Assembly (NCBI GenBank): GCA_963666055.2
Contig: CAXWPH010000001.1
Location: 60,791 to 124,790 of the forward strand
Length of the DNA: 64,000 bases
Origin: Acidobacteriota bacterium
GTDB taxonomy: Bacteria; Acidobacteriota; UBA890; WLXD01
Direction of reading: 5' to 3'
The notes beneath the pieces were generated by a model that saw only the letters and a program-made list of their open reading frames with translations, did not search any database and was not told the DNA's origin. Shown here one piece after another: positions 27,087-37,495 of this stretch. Position numbers and translations under genes: made by a program. How positions within the stretch are numbered: position 1 is the first letter of the stretch; every line of letters starts with the position of its first letter.

Positions 27087-27281
27087 ATGCCGAAGATGAA
27101 GACGCATCGCGGCGCAGCCAAGCGCTTCAAACGCACCGGTACCGGCAAGCTAGTGCGCCGCAAGGCCTACAAGGCCCACATCCTGACCAAGAAGTCGCGC
27201 AAGCGGAAGCGGCGGCTCGGCAAACCGACTACGCTGACCAGCGCCGACTACAAGCGCGTGGATCGGCTGCTCCCCGGCTAG
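27087..27281 (+). CDS. rpmI: 50S ribosomal protein L35
   Basis: [15 protein letters not shown]. Confidence 0.97.
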   Translation: MPKMKTHRGAAKRFKRTGTGKLVRRKAYKAHILTKKSRKRKRRLGKPTTLTSADYKRVDRLLPG

Positions 27282-27306
27282 CCGGCCAGCAACGGAGGAA
27301 ACACCC

Positions 27307-27660
27307 ATGCGCGTCAAGCGCGGCAATGTCCATACGAGGCGGCGCCGCCGTGTTCTCAAGCAGGCGAAGGGTTACTTCGGCGCCAGGAGCCGCCTCTACA
27401 GCGAGGCGAGCGAGGCAGTCGACCGCGCGCTGCAGTACGCGTTCCATGGCCGCAAGCGCAAGAAGCGCGACTATCGCCGTCTATGGATCACGCGAATCAA
27501 CGCGGCAAGCCGTGAGCACGGACTGTCCTACAGCCAGTTCATCAACGGCCTCGCGGTCGCCGGCGTCGGCCTTGACCGCAAAGTGCTTGCCGAGCTCGCC
27601 GTAAAGGATCCGCACGCCTTCGAGGCGCTCGCCTCCACCGCCAAGAACGCCCTTAGCTGA
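27307..27660 (+). CDS. rplT: 50S ribosomal protein L20
   Basis: [30 protein letters not shown]. Confidence 0.97.
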   Translation: MRVKRGNVHTRRRRRVLKQAKGYFGARSRLYSEASEAVDRALQYAFHGRKRKKRDYRRLWITRINAASREHGLSYSQFINGLAVAGVGLDRKVLAELAVKDPHAFEALASTAKNALS

Positions 27661-27667
27661 GCTGGAT

Positions 27668-28741
27668 ATGGCGGCTGCCCCGCTGGACGACGTGGCGGGC
27701 GCGGCCACTGATCCGCTAGAGCTCGTCGAGACGATCGTCGAAGAGTTTCACCGCGAGAGCGCCGACGTGACCGATCTCGACACGCTCGAAGAGATCCAGG
27801 CACGCTACCTGGGTCGCAAGCGCGGTCGACTGACCGCCGTCTTTCAGGACATGCGGAATCTCGATGCCGATACGAAGCGGCAGGTAGGCGCGGCGGCAAA
27901 TCGCGCCAGACAGGTCATCGGCACGGCGCTGGTGGAGATCGAGCATCGGCTCCGCGTCGCCGCATCCGCCACGCGTGCCAGAGACGAGGCCATCGACGTC
28001 ACCCAACCGGCGGTACCCGACGCGCTCGGCGGACTTCACCCGATCACGCGTACGCTCACCGAGATTGAGAATATCTTCGTTGCCATGGGGTACGAAGTAG
28101 TCGACGGACCCGAGATCGAGACCGACTGGTACAACTTCGGAGCGCTCAATTTTCCACCCGATCACCCGGCGCGCGACGCCCAGGACACCTTGCATCTGGA
28201 CGACGACCTGCTGCTTCGCACGCACACTTCGCCCGTCCAGATTCGCTACATGGAGACGCACAAACCTCCCTTCGCGATCATCGTCCCTGGGCGCGTCTTC
28301 CGCCGTGACACGCCGGACGCAACCCACACGCCGATGTTCGTCCAGCTCGAGGGCCTGGTGGTCGACACCGACATCACGTTGGCAGACCTGAAAGGCACAC
28401 TCGATACGTTCGCCAAGGCGCTATTCGGACCCCAAACGGCGACGCGATTTCGACCCGGGTACTTTCCGTTCACCGAGCCTTCTGCCGAGCTCGACGCCAC
28501 CTGCCCCGCCTGTAGCGGCGAGGGATGTCGCACCTGCAAGGGATCAGGCTGGGTAGAACTGCTGGGCGCCGGCATGGTGCACCCCGTGCTGTTCGAGAAC
28601 GTCGGCTACGAGCCTGGCCGTTACCAGGGTTTCGCGTTCGGCTTCGGTATCGACCGCATCACGGCGGTGCGCTACGGCGTCGAGGACATCCGCTACTACT
28701 ACGAAAACGACCTGCGCTTCCTGCGCCAGTTTGCTTCCTAG
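27668..28741 (+). CDS. pheS: Phenylalanine--tRNA ligase alpha subunit
   Basis: HPARDAQDT, LRTHTS, YFPFTEPS, GFAFGFG. Confidence 0.97.
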   Translation: MAAAPLDDVAGAATDPLELVETIVEEFHRESADVTDLDTLEEIQARYLGRKRGRLTAVFQDMRNLDADTKRQVGAAANRARQVIGTALVEIEHRLRVAASATRARDEAIDVTQPAVPDALGGLHPITRTLTEIENIFVAMGYEVVDGPEIETDWYNFGALNFPPDHPARDAQDTLHLDDDLLLRTHTSPVQIRYMETHKPPFAIIVPGRVFRRDTPDATHTPMFVQLEGLVVDTDITLADLKGTLDTFAKALFGPQTATRFRPGYFPFTEPSAELDATCPACSGEGCRTCKGSGWVELLGAGMVHPVLFENVGYEPGRYQGFAFGFGIDRITAVRYGVEDIRYYYENDLRFLRQFAS

Positions 28742-28751
28742 TCGCCGCCCG

Positions 28752-30797
28752 ATGCGCTTCTCTCGCAACTGGATCGCCGACTATACGAACCTCCCGGACG
28801 AGACTCAGGCGCTGTGCGCCGCGCTCTCCATGCTCGGGCTCGTGGTGGATGACGCGCGACTCGAGGGCGACGACCTGAGCCTCGACCTCGACTTGCCGAG
28901 CAACCGGCCCGACGTCCTCAACCACTACGGCCTCGCTCGTGAGCTCGCGATCACACTGGATGCCGACTTACGCCAACCGCCAAGCGAAATCAGCGAGTCC
29001 GGGGCACCAACCGCGTCGCTCAGTGGCGTGCAGGTTGACGATCCGGCGGCGTGCCCGCGCTTCGCCGCGCGCGCCATCGTCGATGTCGAAGTAGGCCGGT
29101 CACCAGACTGGATACGCGCGCGGCTTGAATCGATCGGCCTGCGCCCGATCAACAACGTCGTCGACGTGACCAACTTCGTGATGTGGGAGCTTGGGCGGCC
29201 AATGCACGCCTACGACCTCGACGAGCTGGTCGACGGCCAGTTGTTTGTTCGCTGGGCACGGGATGGCGAACGTCTCGTCACCCTCGACGAGGTCGAACGC
29301 AAGCTCACCTCCGACGACCTAGTAATCGCCGACCCCGAGCAGCCCGTAGGACTCGCGGGAGTGATGGGAGGCGCGAAGACCGGCGTAACGGAGTCGACCC
29401 GGCGAGTGCTGCTCGAGTGCGCCTACTTCGATCCGGTCACGGTGCGTCGGATGTCCAAGCGCCTCGGGTTGCACACCGACGCCAGCCACCGTTTCGAACG
29501 TGACATGTCGCCGCAAGGTATCTCTGCGGCCATCCAGCGAGCCTGCCATCTGATCGCGCTACACGGTGGAGGAACTATCAGTTCCGAGGGAATCGACGTG
29601 GTCGGTTCGTTGCCGCAAGACCGGCGTCTGGTTCTTCGTGCCGCGAGGCTGTGCAGCTATCTCGGGGTGGAGGTCCCCGCGGCCCGCGTCACCGCCATCC
29701 TGAGCGCACTCGGGTTCGCGGTCAGCGACGCGGCGGGAGATTTCGCCGTCGTCGTACCGCCGCGCCGAGTCGACGTTTCGCGCGAGGAAGATTTGATCGA
29801 GGAGATCGCCCGCTTCCACGGCTACGATCAGCTGCCGAGCACGCTACCCCTGTTGCGCAGGCGTAATACTCGCGGCGCCAGCGAAGCGCTCCGGCGCGAG
29901 CGGCGACTCAAGAATATTTGCGCCGCCTCCGGCTACTGGGAAACGATGACCTTCGCGTTCACCAGCGCCACTGAACAGGCTCCTTTTCTGATCGGAGAGA
30001 CGCCGTTGGCGATCGTCAACCCGATCTCAGAGGCGATGGGCGTGATGCGCACGAGCATGCTGCCAGGCCTGCTCGCCGCTGTAGCTCGCAATCGTAATCG
30101 TGGGGCACGCCGAATCAGGCTATTCGAAGTCGGCCGAACGTTTCATGGCGGCGACGGCGGGCCCCCAATCGAGCGCCGTGGGCTGGCGCTTGCAGCGTGT
30201 GGCACGGTTCACGAGGCGCATTTCGCCGCCCCGGAGATCTCCAGCGACTTCGGCGAGCTGAAGGGCACGCTAGAAACCTTGCGCGCCCGAATGCGCTGGC
30301 CGCCAATCGAGTGGTCTGCTGCACAGATACCGGGTCTGCAGCCTGGCTCGGCAGCCGAGATTTGCATCGGCGAGCTAGCCGCCGGGATTGCCGGCAAGAT
30401 CGCCCCCGAAGTAGCGGCGGCGCTTGGTGCCGACGTCACCGTGTGGGCGGCAGAGATCGAAATCGGCGCATTGCTGGAGCACGCAGCGGCTGATTTCCGC
30501 ATCGATCCCCTGCCCCGCTACCCGGCCGGCGAGCGCGACTTGACGATCTTGATCGATGACGATCTACCGTACGGGAAGGTTGAGGCAGAAGTAGCCGCGT
30601 TGCAGGGGATTCCGCTGGCAGAGCTGCGGTTGCTCGACCTCTACAGCGGCGGCGACGTGCCGGACGGACGGCGGGCCGCGACGCTGCGGTTGACCTATCG
30701 CGCCGACGACCGCACCCTCACTGCCGAGGAGATCGAGGCCGCCCAAGAGCGAGTGGCCGAGCATCTTGAAACCAGCCTCGGTGCCACACGCCGCTGA
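28752..30797 (+). CDS. pheT: Phenylalanine--tRNA ligase beta subunit (short form)
   Basis: NRPD, INNVVDVTN, DLIEEIAR, RTSMLPGLL, RLFEVG, DRTLT. Confidence 0.95.
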   Translation: MRFSRNWIADYTNLPDETQALCAALSMLGLVVDDARLEGDDLSLDLDLPSNRPDVLNHYGLARELAITLDADLRQPPSEISESGAPTASLSGVQVDDPAACPRFAARAIVDVEVGRSPDWIRARLESIGLRPINNVVDVTNFVMWELGRPMHAYDLDELVDGQLFVRWARDGERLVTLDEVERKLTSDDLVIADPEQPVGLAGVMGGAKTGVTESTRRVLLECAYFDPVTVRRMSKRLGLHTDASHRFERDMSPQGISAAIQRACHLIALHGGGTISSEGIDVVGSLPQDRRLVLRAARLCSYLGVEVPAARVTAILSALGFAVSDAAGDFAVVVPPRRVDVSREEDLIEEIARFHGYDQLPSTLPLLRRRNTRGASEALRRERRLKNICAASGYWETMTFAFTSATEQAPFLIGETPLAIVNPISEAMGVMRTSMLPGLLAAVARNRNRGARRIRLFEVGRTFHGGDGGPPIERRGLALAACGTVHEAHFAAPEISSDFGELKGTLETLRARMRWPPIEWSAAQIPGLQPGSAAEICIGELAAGIAGKIAPEVAAALGADVTVWAAEIEIGALLEHAAADFRIDPLPRYPAGERDLTILIDDDLPYGKVEAEVAALQGIPLAELRLLDLYSGGDVPDGRRAATLRLTYRADDRTLTAEEIEAAQERVAEHLETSLGATRR

Positions 30798-30839
30798 TTT
30801 GTCGGGTGCCAGGGCCCATCGTCTGACTCGGACCGCTCC

Positions 30840-31166
30840 ATGATCGAGAATCCCTATGCGCCACTCGAACGGGCCATCGCGGCTGCGGTTGTCGAGATCC
30901 GCTCGCTGCGTGACCAGCGCGACGCTCTCCAGGCGCACGTCGAGCAGCTCGAGGAGCGGCTCGCAGCACGTGTTCACGACGCCGGCTGGCCCGCTCCCTC
31001 GCAGCCGCGCGGCGGCATCGGCGCGGATATCGGAGGCGCAAGCGAGCGGCTACAGCAGTTGGAGAGCGAGCGCGAGGCGATCAAGACTAGGCTTCTCAGC
31101 CTTCAGGCACGACTCGGATACCTGGAAACCGCCGAGCCAGAGGAACGCCAAAATGACCACCGTTGA
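30840..31166 (+). CDS. Coiled-coil protein, ZapB-like
   Basis: Heptad-rich; lies between pheT and zapA. Confidence 0.6.
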   Translation: MIENPYAPLERAIAAAVVEIRSLRDQRDALQAHVEQLEERLAARVHDAGWPAPSQPRGGIGADIGGASERLQQLESEREAIKTRLLSLQARLGYLETAEPEERQNDHR

Positions 31167-31461
31167 TATTCTCGGTCGCAGCTATAACATAAGAGGCGAA
31201 CATGATCCGAACACAATCCGGGTCCTTGCTCGCTACGTCGACAGCCGGATGCGGCAGATGGAAGAACGGGTGGGCCCCGGGGATGCACTGGGCGTCGCCG
31301 TGTTGGCGGCGCTCAATATTGCTGACGATTACTACCGAACCCATACGGCTCTCGAGAAACAACAGAACGAAGTCAATGAACGGACACGAGACCTAGCGCA
31401 AGTACTAGGCGAGGTTCTCGAACCGGCGCACGAGGAACACGGACGGCCACTCGACGAATGA
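31153..31461 (+). CDS. zapA: Cell division protein ZapA
   Basis: MTTVDILGRSYNI, YVDSRM, AVLAALNIAD. Confidence 0.9.
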   Translation: MTTVDILGRSYNIRGEHDPNTIRVLARYVDSRMRQMEERVGPGDALGVAVLAALNIADDYYRTHTALEKQQNEVNERTRDLAQVLGEVLEPAHEEHGRPLDE

Positions 31462-31592
31462 GACAACCAACGGTAAACAGCCTTAACGACACCATCTGTG
31501 GAGGATCGCAAGCGCAACGCTCGCTGGCTGGCTGAGCCTCCACTCCCTGCACTTCGCACCTTTCGCCTGTTTGCCCGGTACGTGGCTGCTCC
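31441..31592 (+). ncRNA. ssrS: Putative 6S RNA (boundaries uncertain)
   Basis: zapA-rny position; nested stems GGACGGCCAC/GTGGCTGCTCC, CGGTAAACAG/CTGTTTGCCCG and GTGGAGG/CCTCCAC separated by large internal loops. Confidence 0.45.
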
Positions 31593-31659
31593 GAAGCCTC
31601 GAACGCCTCTAGTCCGCCCATAGACTCGCCTGTCGCCTCCGGAGCCCGGAGGGGGTGAC

Positions 31660-33231
31660 ATGTCGCAGGCGTTCATCGCGGGGGCGGGCACAACCGCAGG
31701 CCTCGCAGTTCTTGTTGTCATCGTTTGGTTCTTCGTGCGCCGACGGCCCGGCGCCCGGGAGGACCTGGGCAAGGCACGAGGCGAAGCCGGGCGCGTCATC
31801 GAGGAGGCTGAACGTCAGGCGGCTGTGCTGCTGAAGGAAACGCGCATAGAAGGACGCGAGCAGCTCCACATCGAGCGACAGGCTCTTGATGCCGAGTCGC
31901 GCGAGCGCCGTCAGCACATGGTCGAGGCTGAGGCGCGCGTACACGAGCGGCAAGAATCACTCGAGCGACGGGCGAACCGAGTCGACGAGCGTGAGCGCAA
32001 GCTCAAGCACTATGAGGACCGCCTGCGGAGCATGGAGCGCGACGTGAACCTGTTGCGCGAGGAGGCCGCTGAGCGGCGTGACGAAGCGGTCACACAACTC
32101 GAGAAAGCTGCGCACTACCACCGCGATGACGCCAAAGCGCAGTTGGTTCGAGCGATGGCGCGCGAGGCAAAGGAAGAAGGGGCACGGCAGGCAACTCGCA
32201 TTATCAACGACGCCAAGACGAACGCCACCCGGGAGGCCAACCGTGTCGTGGCAACGGCAATTCAACGGTGCGCCAGCAACCACGTTGCCGAGAACACCGT
32301 GTCCGTCGTGGCGCTGCCCTCGGACGATATGAAGGGGCGCGTGATCGGTCGCGAAGGTCGCAATATTCGTGCGTTCGAGATGATGACGGGTGTCAACCTG
32401 ATCGTCGACGACACGCCGGAGGCGGTGCTGATCTCGAGCTTCGATCCGTTCAGGCGCGAGATTGCGAAACTCGCGCTGGAGCGGCTCGTTTTGGACGGAC
32501 GTATCCACCCGGCCCGCATCGAGGAGGTCGTGCAACGGGTGCGCGAGGAGATCGAAGAGCAGATCCTCGTCGATGGGACCAACGCCGCCGCCGAGATCGG
32601 CATTCACGACATGGCAACGAAGTTACTTCGCCTCCTCGGCATGCTGAAGTTCCGTACTTCGTATGGTCAGAATGTGCTGCGCCATTCGATCGAAGTCGCG
32701 ACGATTTCCGGCATCATCGCGGCTGAGCTCGGCGCTGACCACGCGGTGGCGCGCCGCGGCGGCCTGTTGCATGACATCGGCAAAGCGGTCGACCAAGAAG
32801 TAGAAGGGACGCACCTGCAGATAGGTATCAGGTTGCTTCGCAAGTGCGGCGAATCCAAAGAGGTCGTACACGCGATGGAGGCGCACCACTTCGACGTCGA
32901 ACCGGCGACCGTCGAGGCGGTGATCGTACAAGCCGCGGATGCGTTATCGGCGGCCCGCCCGGGTGCGCGACGCGACATGCTCGAGACATATGTGAAGCGT
33001 TTGCAGAAGCTCGAAAAGATCGCCGACTCGTTCCGCGGGGTGGCCAAATCCTACGCCATTCAGGCGGGGCGTGAGCTGCGCATCATCGTCGAATCCAGCA
33101 AGGTCAGCGACATCGAGTCGATCTGGCTTTCGCGCGATATCGCCAACCGCATCCAGCGCGAAGTGCAGTATCCCGGCGAGATCAAAGTCACCGTGATCCG
33201 TGAGACCCGAGCGGTGGAGATCGCCCATTGA
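31660..33231 (+). CDS. rny: Ribonuclease Y
   Basis: N-terminal TM and coiled coil, [13 protein letters not shown] domain, LLHDIGK HD domain, SAARPGAR. Confidence 0.96.
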   Translation: MSQAFIAGAGTTAGLAVLVVIVWFFVRRRPGAREDLGKARGEAGRVIEEAERQAAVLLKETRIEGREQLHIERQALDAESRERRQHMVEAEARVHERQESLERRANRVDERERKLKHYEDRLRSMERDVNLLREEAAERRDEAVTQLEKAAHYHRDDAKAQLVRAMAREAKEEGARQATRIINDAKTNATREANRVVATAIQRCASNHVAENTVSVVALPSDDMKGRVIGREGRNIRAFEMMTGVNLIVDDTPEAVLISSFDPFRREIAKLALERLVLDGRIHPARIEEVVQRVREEIEEQILVDGTNAAAEIGIHDMATKLLRLLGMLKFRTSYGQNVLRHSIEVATISGIIAAELGADHAVARRGGLLHDIGKAVDQEVEGTHLQIGIRLLRKCGESKEVVHAMEAHHFDVEPATVEAVIVQAADALSAARPGARRDMLETYVKRLQKLEKIADSFRGVAKSYAIQAGRELRIIVESSKVSDIESIWLSRDIANRIQREVQYPGEIKVTVIRETRAVEIAH

Positions 33232-34022
33232 AGCTCCTGTTCCTCGGTGACGTGGTGGGGAAGCCTGGGCGTCGGGTACTCGCCGAGCGGCTCGGACCAC
33301 TGCAGCACAAGTGGCAGGCAGACTTCACGATTGTCAACGGCGAGAACTCGGCCGGCGGCCGCGGCATCACACCGGCGATGGCCGACCAGATGCTGGCACT
33401 CGGTGTCGACGTAATCACGAGCGGCAATCACATTTGGGCACAAGGAGCCATCGAAGGCTATTTACGCACCGAGACGCGCCTGCTGCGTCCCGACAATTAC
33501 CCTGCTCCAAGCGCCGGCAGCGGCCTGTTCCTGGGCCGCAGCCGCCGCGGCGTCGAGGTCGCCGTAATCAATCTCCAGGGCAGAGTGTTCATGCCGGCGA
33601 TCGACTGCCCGTTCCAGGCGATTGATAGGATTCTGGACGAGATCGGCGACCGTGCCCGCGTCGTCTTGCTCGACATGCATGCCGAAGCGACCTCCGAGAA
33701 GCTGGCCATGGGTTGGTACTGCGATGGTCGGGTTACTGCCGTATTGGGGACCCACACACACGTACCCACGGCCGACGCCCGCATCCTTCCCGGTGGCACG
33801 GCATTTTGCACCGACGTCGGCATGACAGGTCCCTACGACTCGGTCATCGGAACGCGGCCCGACCTGGCCATCGAGCGTTTGTTGAGCGCGCGGCCGGTGC
33901 GGTTCCAGGTGGCCACCGGCAACTGCTGCGTGGCGGGCGTTGTCGTTGAGGCCGACCCCGAGACAGGCCGCGCACTCAGCATTCAGCAGGTCATTGATCC
34001 GCCACTAGCAAGCTCGCGATGA
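33228..34022 (+). CDS. ymdB: YmdB/TIGR00282 metallophosphoesterase
   Basis: [27 protein letters not shown]. Confidence 0.92.
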   Translation: MKLLFLGDVVGKPGRRVLAERLGPLQHKWQADFTIVNGENSAGGRGITPAMADQMLALGVDVITSGNHIWAQGAIEGYLRTETRLLRPDNYPAPSAGSGLFLGRSRRGVEVAVINLQGRVFMPAIDCPFQAIDRILDEIGDRARVVLLDMHAEATSEKLAMGWYCDGRVTAVLGTHTHVPTADARILPGGTAFCTDVGMTGPYDSVIGTRPDLAIERLLSARPVRFQVATGNCCVAGVVVEADPETGRALSIQQVIDPPLASSR

Positions 34023-35395
34023 CCAACCAAGGCACGCTACCGCTGACTGGCGCGGCTGATCGCCGCGTATGGTCGGTCAGCGACCTGATCGAGGACGCCA
34101 AGTGGTGCCTGGAGACGACATACTCCGCCGTATGGGTGCAGGGCGAGGTTTCCAACTTCCGCGCCCAGGCAAGCGGACACTGGTATTTCGATCTCAAGGA
34201 CGAGCATGCCGTCTTGCCGGTGGCGATGTTTCGCAGCGACAACATCGGCGTCCCGTTCGGGGTTGAAGAGGGCCTCGAGGTCACCGCCTTCGGCCGCCTC
34301 TCGCTGTTTGTGCGTGCCGGCCGCTTCCAGCTGATCGCCAACCTCCTGGAACCGCGAGGCTGGGGCGCACAACAACTCGCATTCGAACAGCTCAAGCGCA
34401 AGCTCGCAGCCGAGGGATTATTCGACGAGCAGAATAAGCGCACCCTACCTTTACTACCGCGGTGTGTCGGTGTGGTAACGAGCCCGGACGGAGCTGCCTG
34501 GCACGATATGACGCGGGTTTGGCAGCGTCGCCAGGTCGGGATGCGCGTCCTGCTGGTACCGGCAACAGTGCAGGGTGACCGCGCGCCAGGAGACATCGTC
34601 GACGCGATCGAGCTGCTGAACCGCCACGGCCAAGCCGACGTGCTGATCGTGGGACGCGGTGGCGGCTCGCGCGAAGATCTATGGGCATTCAACGATGAAC
34701 GGGTGGCGCGGGCCATCTCGAGCTCGCGAATCCCGGTGATCAGTGCCGTAGGTCACGAGATCGACGTCACCATCGCTGACTTGATCGGTGATCGTCGCGC
34801 TGCCACTCCTACCGCCGCCGCCGAGATCGTCGCTCCCGCCCGTAGTGATCTTGTGCGCCGGCTGCGCGCCGCTGCCCGACGGGCGGAATCCGCCGTTGAC
34901 CGCCGCGCCCGACAGGCCCGCGCGCGGCTGCAGGATAACTTTCTCAGACGCGCGCTCGAACGCCCGGAGCGTAGCCTGACCGCCTATCACCAGCGACTCG
35001 ACGCGGCGTGGTCGAGTACTGACGCATCCGTCCGGCGCCAGCTCGAAGCCGGGCGGGCTCGGCTCGAAGCTGCTGCGTCCCGCACCAGCCGGCATTCGCC
35101 TCAACGCGTTGTCGAGCATCGAGCCGCCCGGCTGCACAGCGTTTCGGAAACACTGCAGACAACGATGCGCCGGCGCCTACACAGCGCCCGAGAACGGCTC
35201 GCTTCGACGGCGGCACGAACCGAGGCTATGAGTCCGCTGGCGGTTCTCGGACGAGGATACGCCCTTTGTCAGGACGCGTCGGGGGCACTGGTACGCAACG
35301 CGGAGTGTGTGGCCGACGGCGACCGGGTTTCCGTGACCGTACGTCGTGGGCGGCTGGACTGTGAAGTAGTGGCGCGCACCGCGGAGAATATCTAG
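34019..35395 (+). CDS. xseA: Exodeoxyribonuclease VII large subunit
   Basis: GEVSN, SGHWYF, RGGGS, SAVGHE, TPTAAAE. Confidence 0.95.
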   Translation: MTNQGTLPLTGAADRRVWSVSDLIEDAKWCLETTYSAVWVQGEVSNFRAQASGHWYFDLKDEHAVLPVAMFRSDNIGVPFGVEEGLEVTAFGRLSLFVRAGRFQLIANLLEPRGWGAQQLAFEQLKRKLAAEGLFDEQNKRTLPLLPRCVGVVTSPDGAAWHDMTRVWQRRQVGMRVLLVPATVQGDRAPGDIVDAIELLNRHGQADVLIVGRGGGSREDLWAFNDERVARAISSSRIPVISAVGHEIDVTIADLIGDRRAATPTAAAEIVAPARSDLVRRLRAAARRAESAVDRRARQARARLQDNFLRRALERPERSLTAYHQRLDAAWSSTDASVRRQLEAGRARLEAAASRTSRHSPQRVVEHRAARLHSVSETLQTTMRRRLHSARERLASTAARTEAMSPLAVLGRGYALCQDASGALVRNAECVADGDRVSVTVRRGRLDCEVVARTAENI

Positions 35396-35464
35396 CAGAC
35401 CGTGGTGGAAGTGTTATGGGCCTGGTGGCGGCGAGTTGAGGTGAGCAGCAAGGCGGCCTGCTAG
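35392..35464. mobile_element. 73-bp internally deleted MITE-like element
   Basis: CTAGCAGACCGTGGTGGAAGTG...GCGGCCTGCTAG; homologous to the copies at 42761 and 46650; first CTAG contains the xseA stop. Confidence 0.75.
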
Positions 35465-35505
35465 CGCTGTTTGTTGGCTTTCTGAGGCGGTGTTAGTGTC
35501 GGGTC

Positions 35506-35766
35506 ATGTCTGCCCAACCTCCCGCCGATGACCTCAGCTTCGACGCCGCTCTCGAACAACTCGAGGGCTTGGCACGTGAGTTGGAGGAGGGTGACATCCC
35601 GCTCGAACAGGCGCTCGAGGTATACGAGCGCGCCGTGGGACTGTTCCGCGCCTGCCGCGATCGACTTGCCGGGGTCGAAGCCAAGCTCGAGCTCTTGACT
35701 CGCGATCTCGAGGGAGAACCGCTCACCACGCCGCTGGTGGCTCCCGCCGAGACTGGTGATGGTTGA
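35506..35766 (+). CDS. xseB: Exodeoxyribonuclease VII small subunit
   Basis: SFDAALEQLE, LEEGDIPLEQAL. Confidence 0.93.
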   Translation: MSAQPPADDLSFDAALEQLEGLARELEEGDIPLEQALEVYERAVGLFRACRDRLAGVEAKLELLTRDLEGEPLTTPLVAPAETGDG

Positions 35767-36682
35767 ACCAGAGCCCACCACGGCCCGTGCCAAATTCGAC
35801 CTCCCAGAGTTCGTGGCGCAAGAGAGGGCGCGCGTCGGCGACGAGCTCGACCGCCTGTTACCCGCGGCCGACCGCGAGCCGCAGAGCCTGCACCACGCCA
35901 TGCGTCATTCCGTCCTCGGCGGAGGCAAGCGACTTCGCCCTCTACTGACTATCGCGGCCGGACGCGCATGCAAGGTGCAGCCATCGGAGGTCCTGGCGGC
36001 GGCCTGCGCCATCGAGCTGATCCACACCTATTCGCTCATCCACGACGATCTGCCGGCCTTCGACGACGAGGAGGTCCGGCGCGGCCAACCGACGTGTCAT
36101 GTGGTCTTCGGGGAGGCGGTGGCGATTCTCGCCGGCGATGCACTGCAGGCGTTGGCGTTCGAGACGCTGCTGGGGGCCGCGCGTGACGCCGCGGATCCTC
36201 GCCGATGGATGGCCGCGACGCAGCGAGTCGCAGCCGCCGCCGGCAGTATCGGCATGTGCGGCGGACAGACATTGGACATCGAGGCTACCGGCGCGCCGAT
36301 CGAGCTGCCAGCGTTGCGCCGGCTGCATGCAGCAAAGACCGGGGCGTTGCTTACCGCTGCGGTGGTCTGTGGCGGCTTGGTCGCCGGCGCCAACGACGCC
36401 GAGTGTGAGGCACTCGAGCGTTACGGCGACTCCATCGGCCTCGCCTTTCAGGTGGTGGACGACCTGCTCGATGTAGAAGGCGACATCGATGAGCTGGGTA
36501 AGCAACCTGGCGGCGACGCGGCGCGCGGTCAGCCCACGTTCCCGGCCCTGATCGGTGTCGAGGCGGCGCGAACCGAGGCAGCGTACTTGCGCGATACGTC
36601 GATCGAGACGGTGGGGCACTTCGGAGCCGACGCCGACGCGCTCCGCGGTCTGGCCCGACTGATCGTCGACCGCACGAGCTAG
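35759..36682 (+). CDS. ispA: Polyprenyl (farnesyl) diphosphate synthase
   Basis: GGKRLRP, IHDDLPAFD, RRG, KTGALL, FQVVDDLLD. Confidence 0.93.
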   Translation: MVEPEPTTARAKFDLPEFVAQERARVGDELDRLLPAADREPQSLHHAMRHSVLGGGKRLRPLLTIAAGRACKVQPSEVLAAACAIELIHTYSLIHDDLPAFDDEEVRRGQPTCHVVFGEAVAILAGDALQALAFETLLGAARDAADPRRWMAATQRVAAAAGSIGMCGGQTLDIEATGAPIELPALRRLHAAKTGALLTAAVVCGGLVAGANDAECEALERYGDSIGLAFQVVDDLLDVEGDIDELGKQPGGDAARGQPTFPALIGVEAARTEAAYLRDTSIETVGHFGADADALRGLARLIVDRTS

Positions 36683-36688
36683 TGTCCA

Positions 36689-37495
36689 GTGGCTACGCCC
36701 GTCCGACTCGATCAGGCACTCGTCGATCGCGGTCTCGTGGCCAGCCGTAGCCTGGCGCGACGCCTCGTCCTTGCCGGCCAAGTTCGGGTTGACGGGCACG
36801 CGGTTCACAAGCCAGGAACACCAGTCAAACCCGCCGCCAAGCTCGTGGTGGCGCAGGCGCCGCGCTACGTCAGTCGTGGCGGCGACAAGCTGGAGCCCGT
36901 CCTCGCCGCCTCCGGCATCGACGTATCCGCCGCAACATGCCTCGACGTTGGAGCCTCGACCGGAGGCTTTACCGATTGCCTCCTGCAGCACGGCGCCGCC
37001 GCCGTGGTGGCGGTCGACGTTGGATACGGCCAACTCGCATGGAAGCTCCGCCAGGATACGCGCGTGCACGTCCTGGAACGCACCAATGCGCGTTATCTCA
37101 CCGCCGAATCGTTGCCACCCGAGCTCCCGGGAGCAATCACGGTGCTCACTGTCGACGTATCCTTCATAGGACTGGTCAAGGTACTCCCCGCGACAACCCA
37201 GCTGAGTGACCCTCGATGTCAGGCGCTCGTATTGGTAAAGCCACAGTTCGAGGCCGGCCCGAGCGACGTCGAGCGTGGCGGCGTCGTGCGTTCCGCGGAC
37301 GTCCGCCGAGGCACCGTTCGGGCCGTGGCCGACGGAGCTCGGGAGATCGGTTGGCGCGTGCATGGCGCGTATCCGAGCCCTCTGCGCGGGCCACATGGGA
37401 ACTGGGAGTGCTTCCTCCACCTCGGCCGCGAGCCGGGTACCGTCGCTGCCGGAGATACGCTCTGGCTCGACCAGGTCGAGATACCCGATGATTGA
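36689..37495 (+). CDS. tlyA: TlyA family rRNA methyltransferase
   Basis: S4 domain, YVSRGGDKL, DVGASTGGFT, KPQFE. Confidence 0.93.
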   Translation: MATPVRLDQALVDRGLVASRSLARRLVLAGQVRVDGHAVHKPGTPVKPAAKLVVAQAPRYVSRGGDKLEPVLAASGIDVSAATCLDVGASTGGFTDCLLQHGAAAVVAVDVGYGQLAWKLRQDTRVHVLERTNARYLTAESLPPELPGAITVLTVDVSFIGLVKVLPATTQLSDPRCQALVLVKPQFEAGPSDVERGGVVRSADVRRGTVRAVADGAREIGWRVHGAYPSPLRGPHGNWECFLHLGREPGTVAAGDTLWLDQVEIPDD

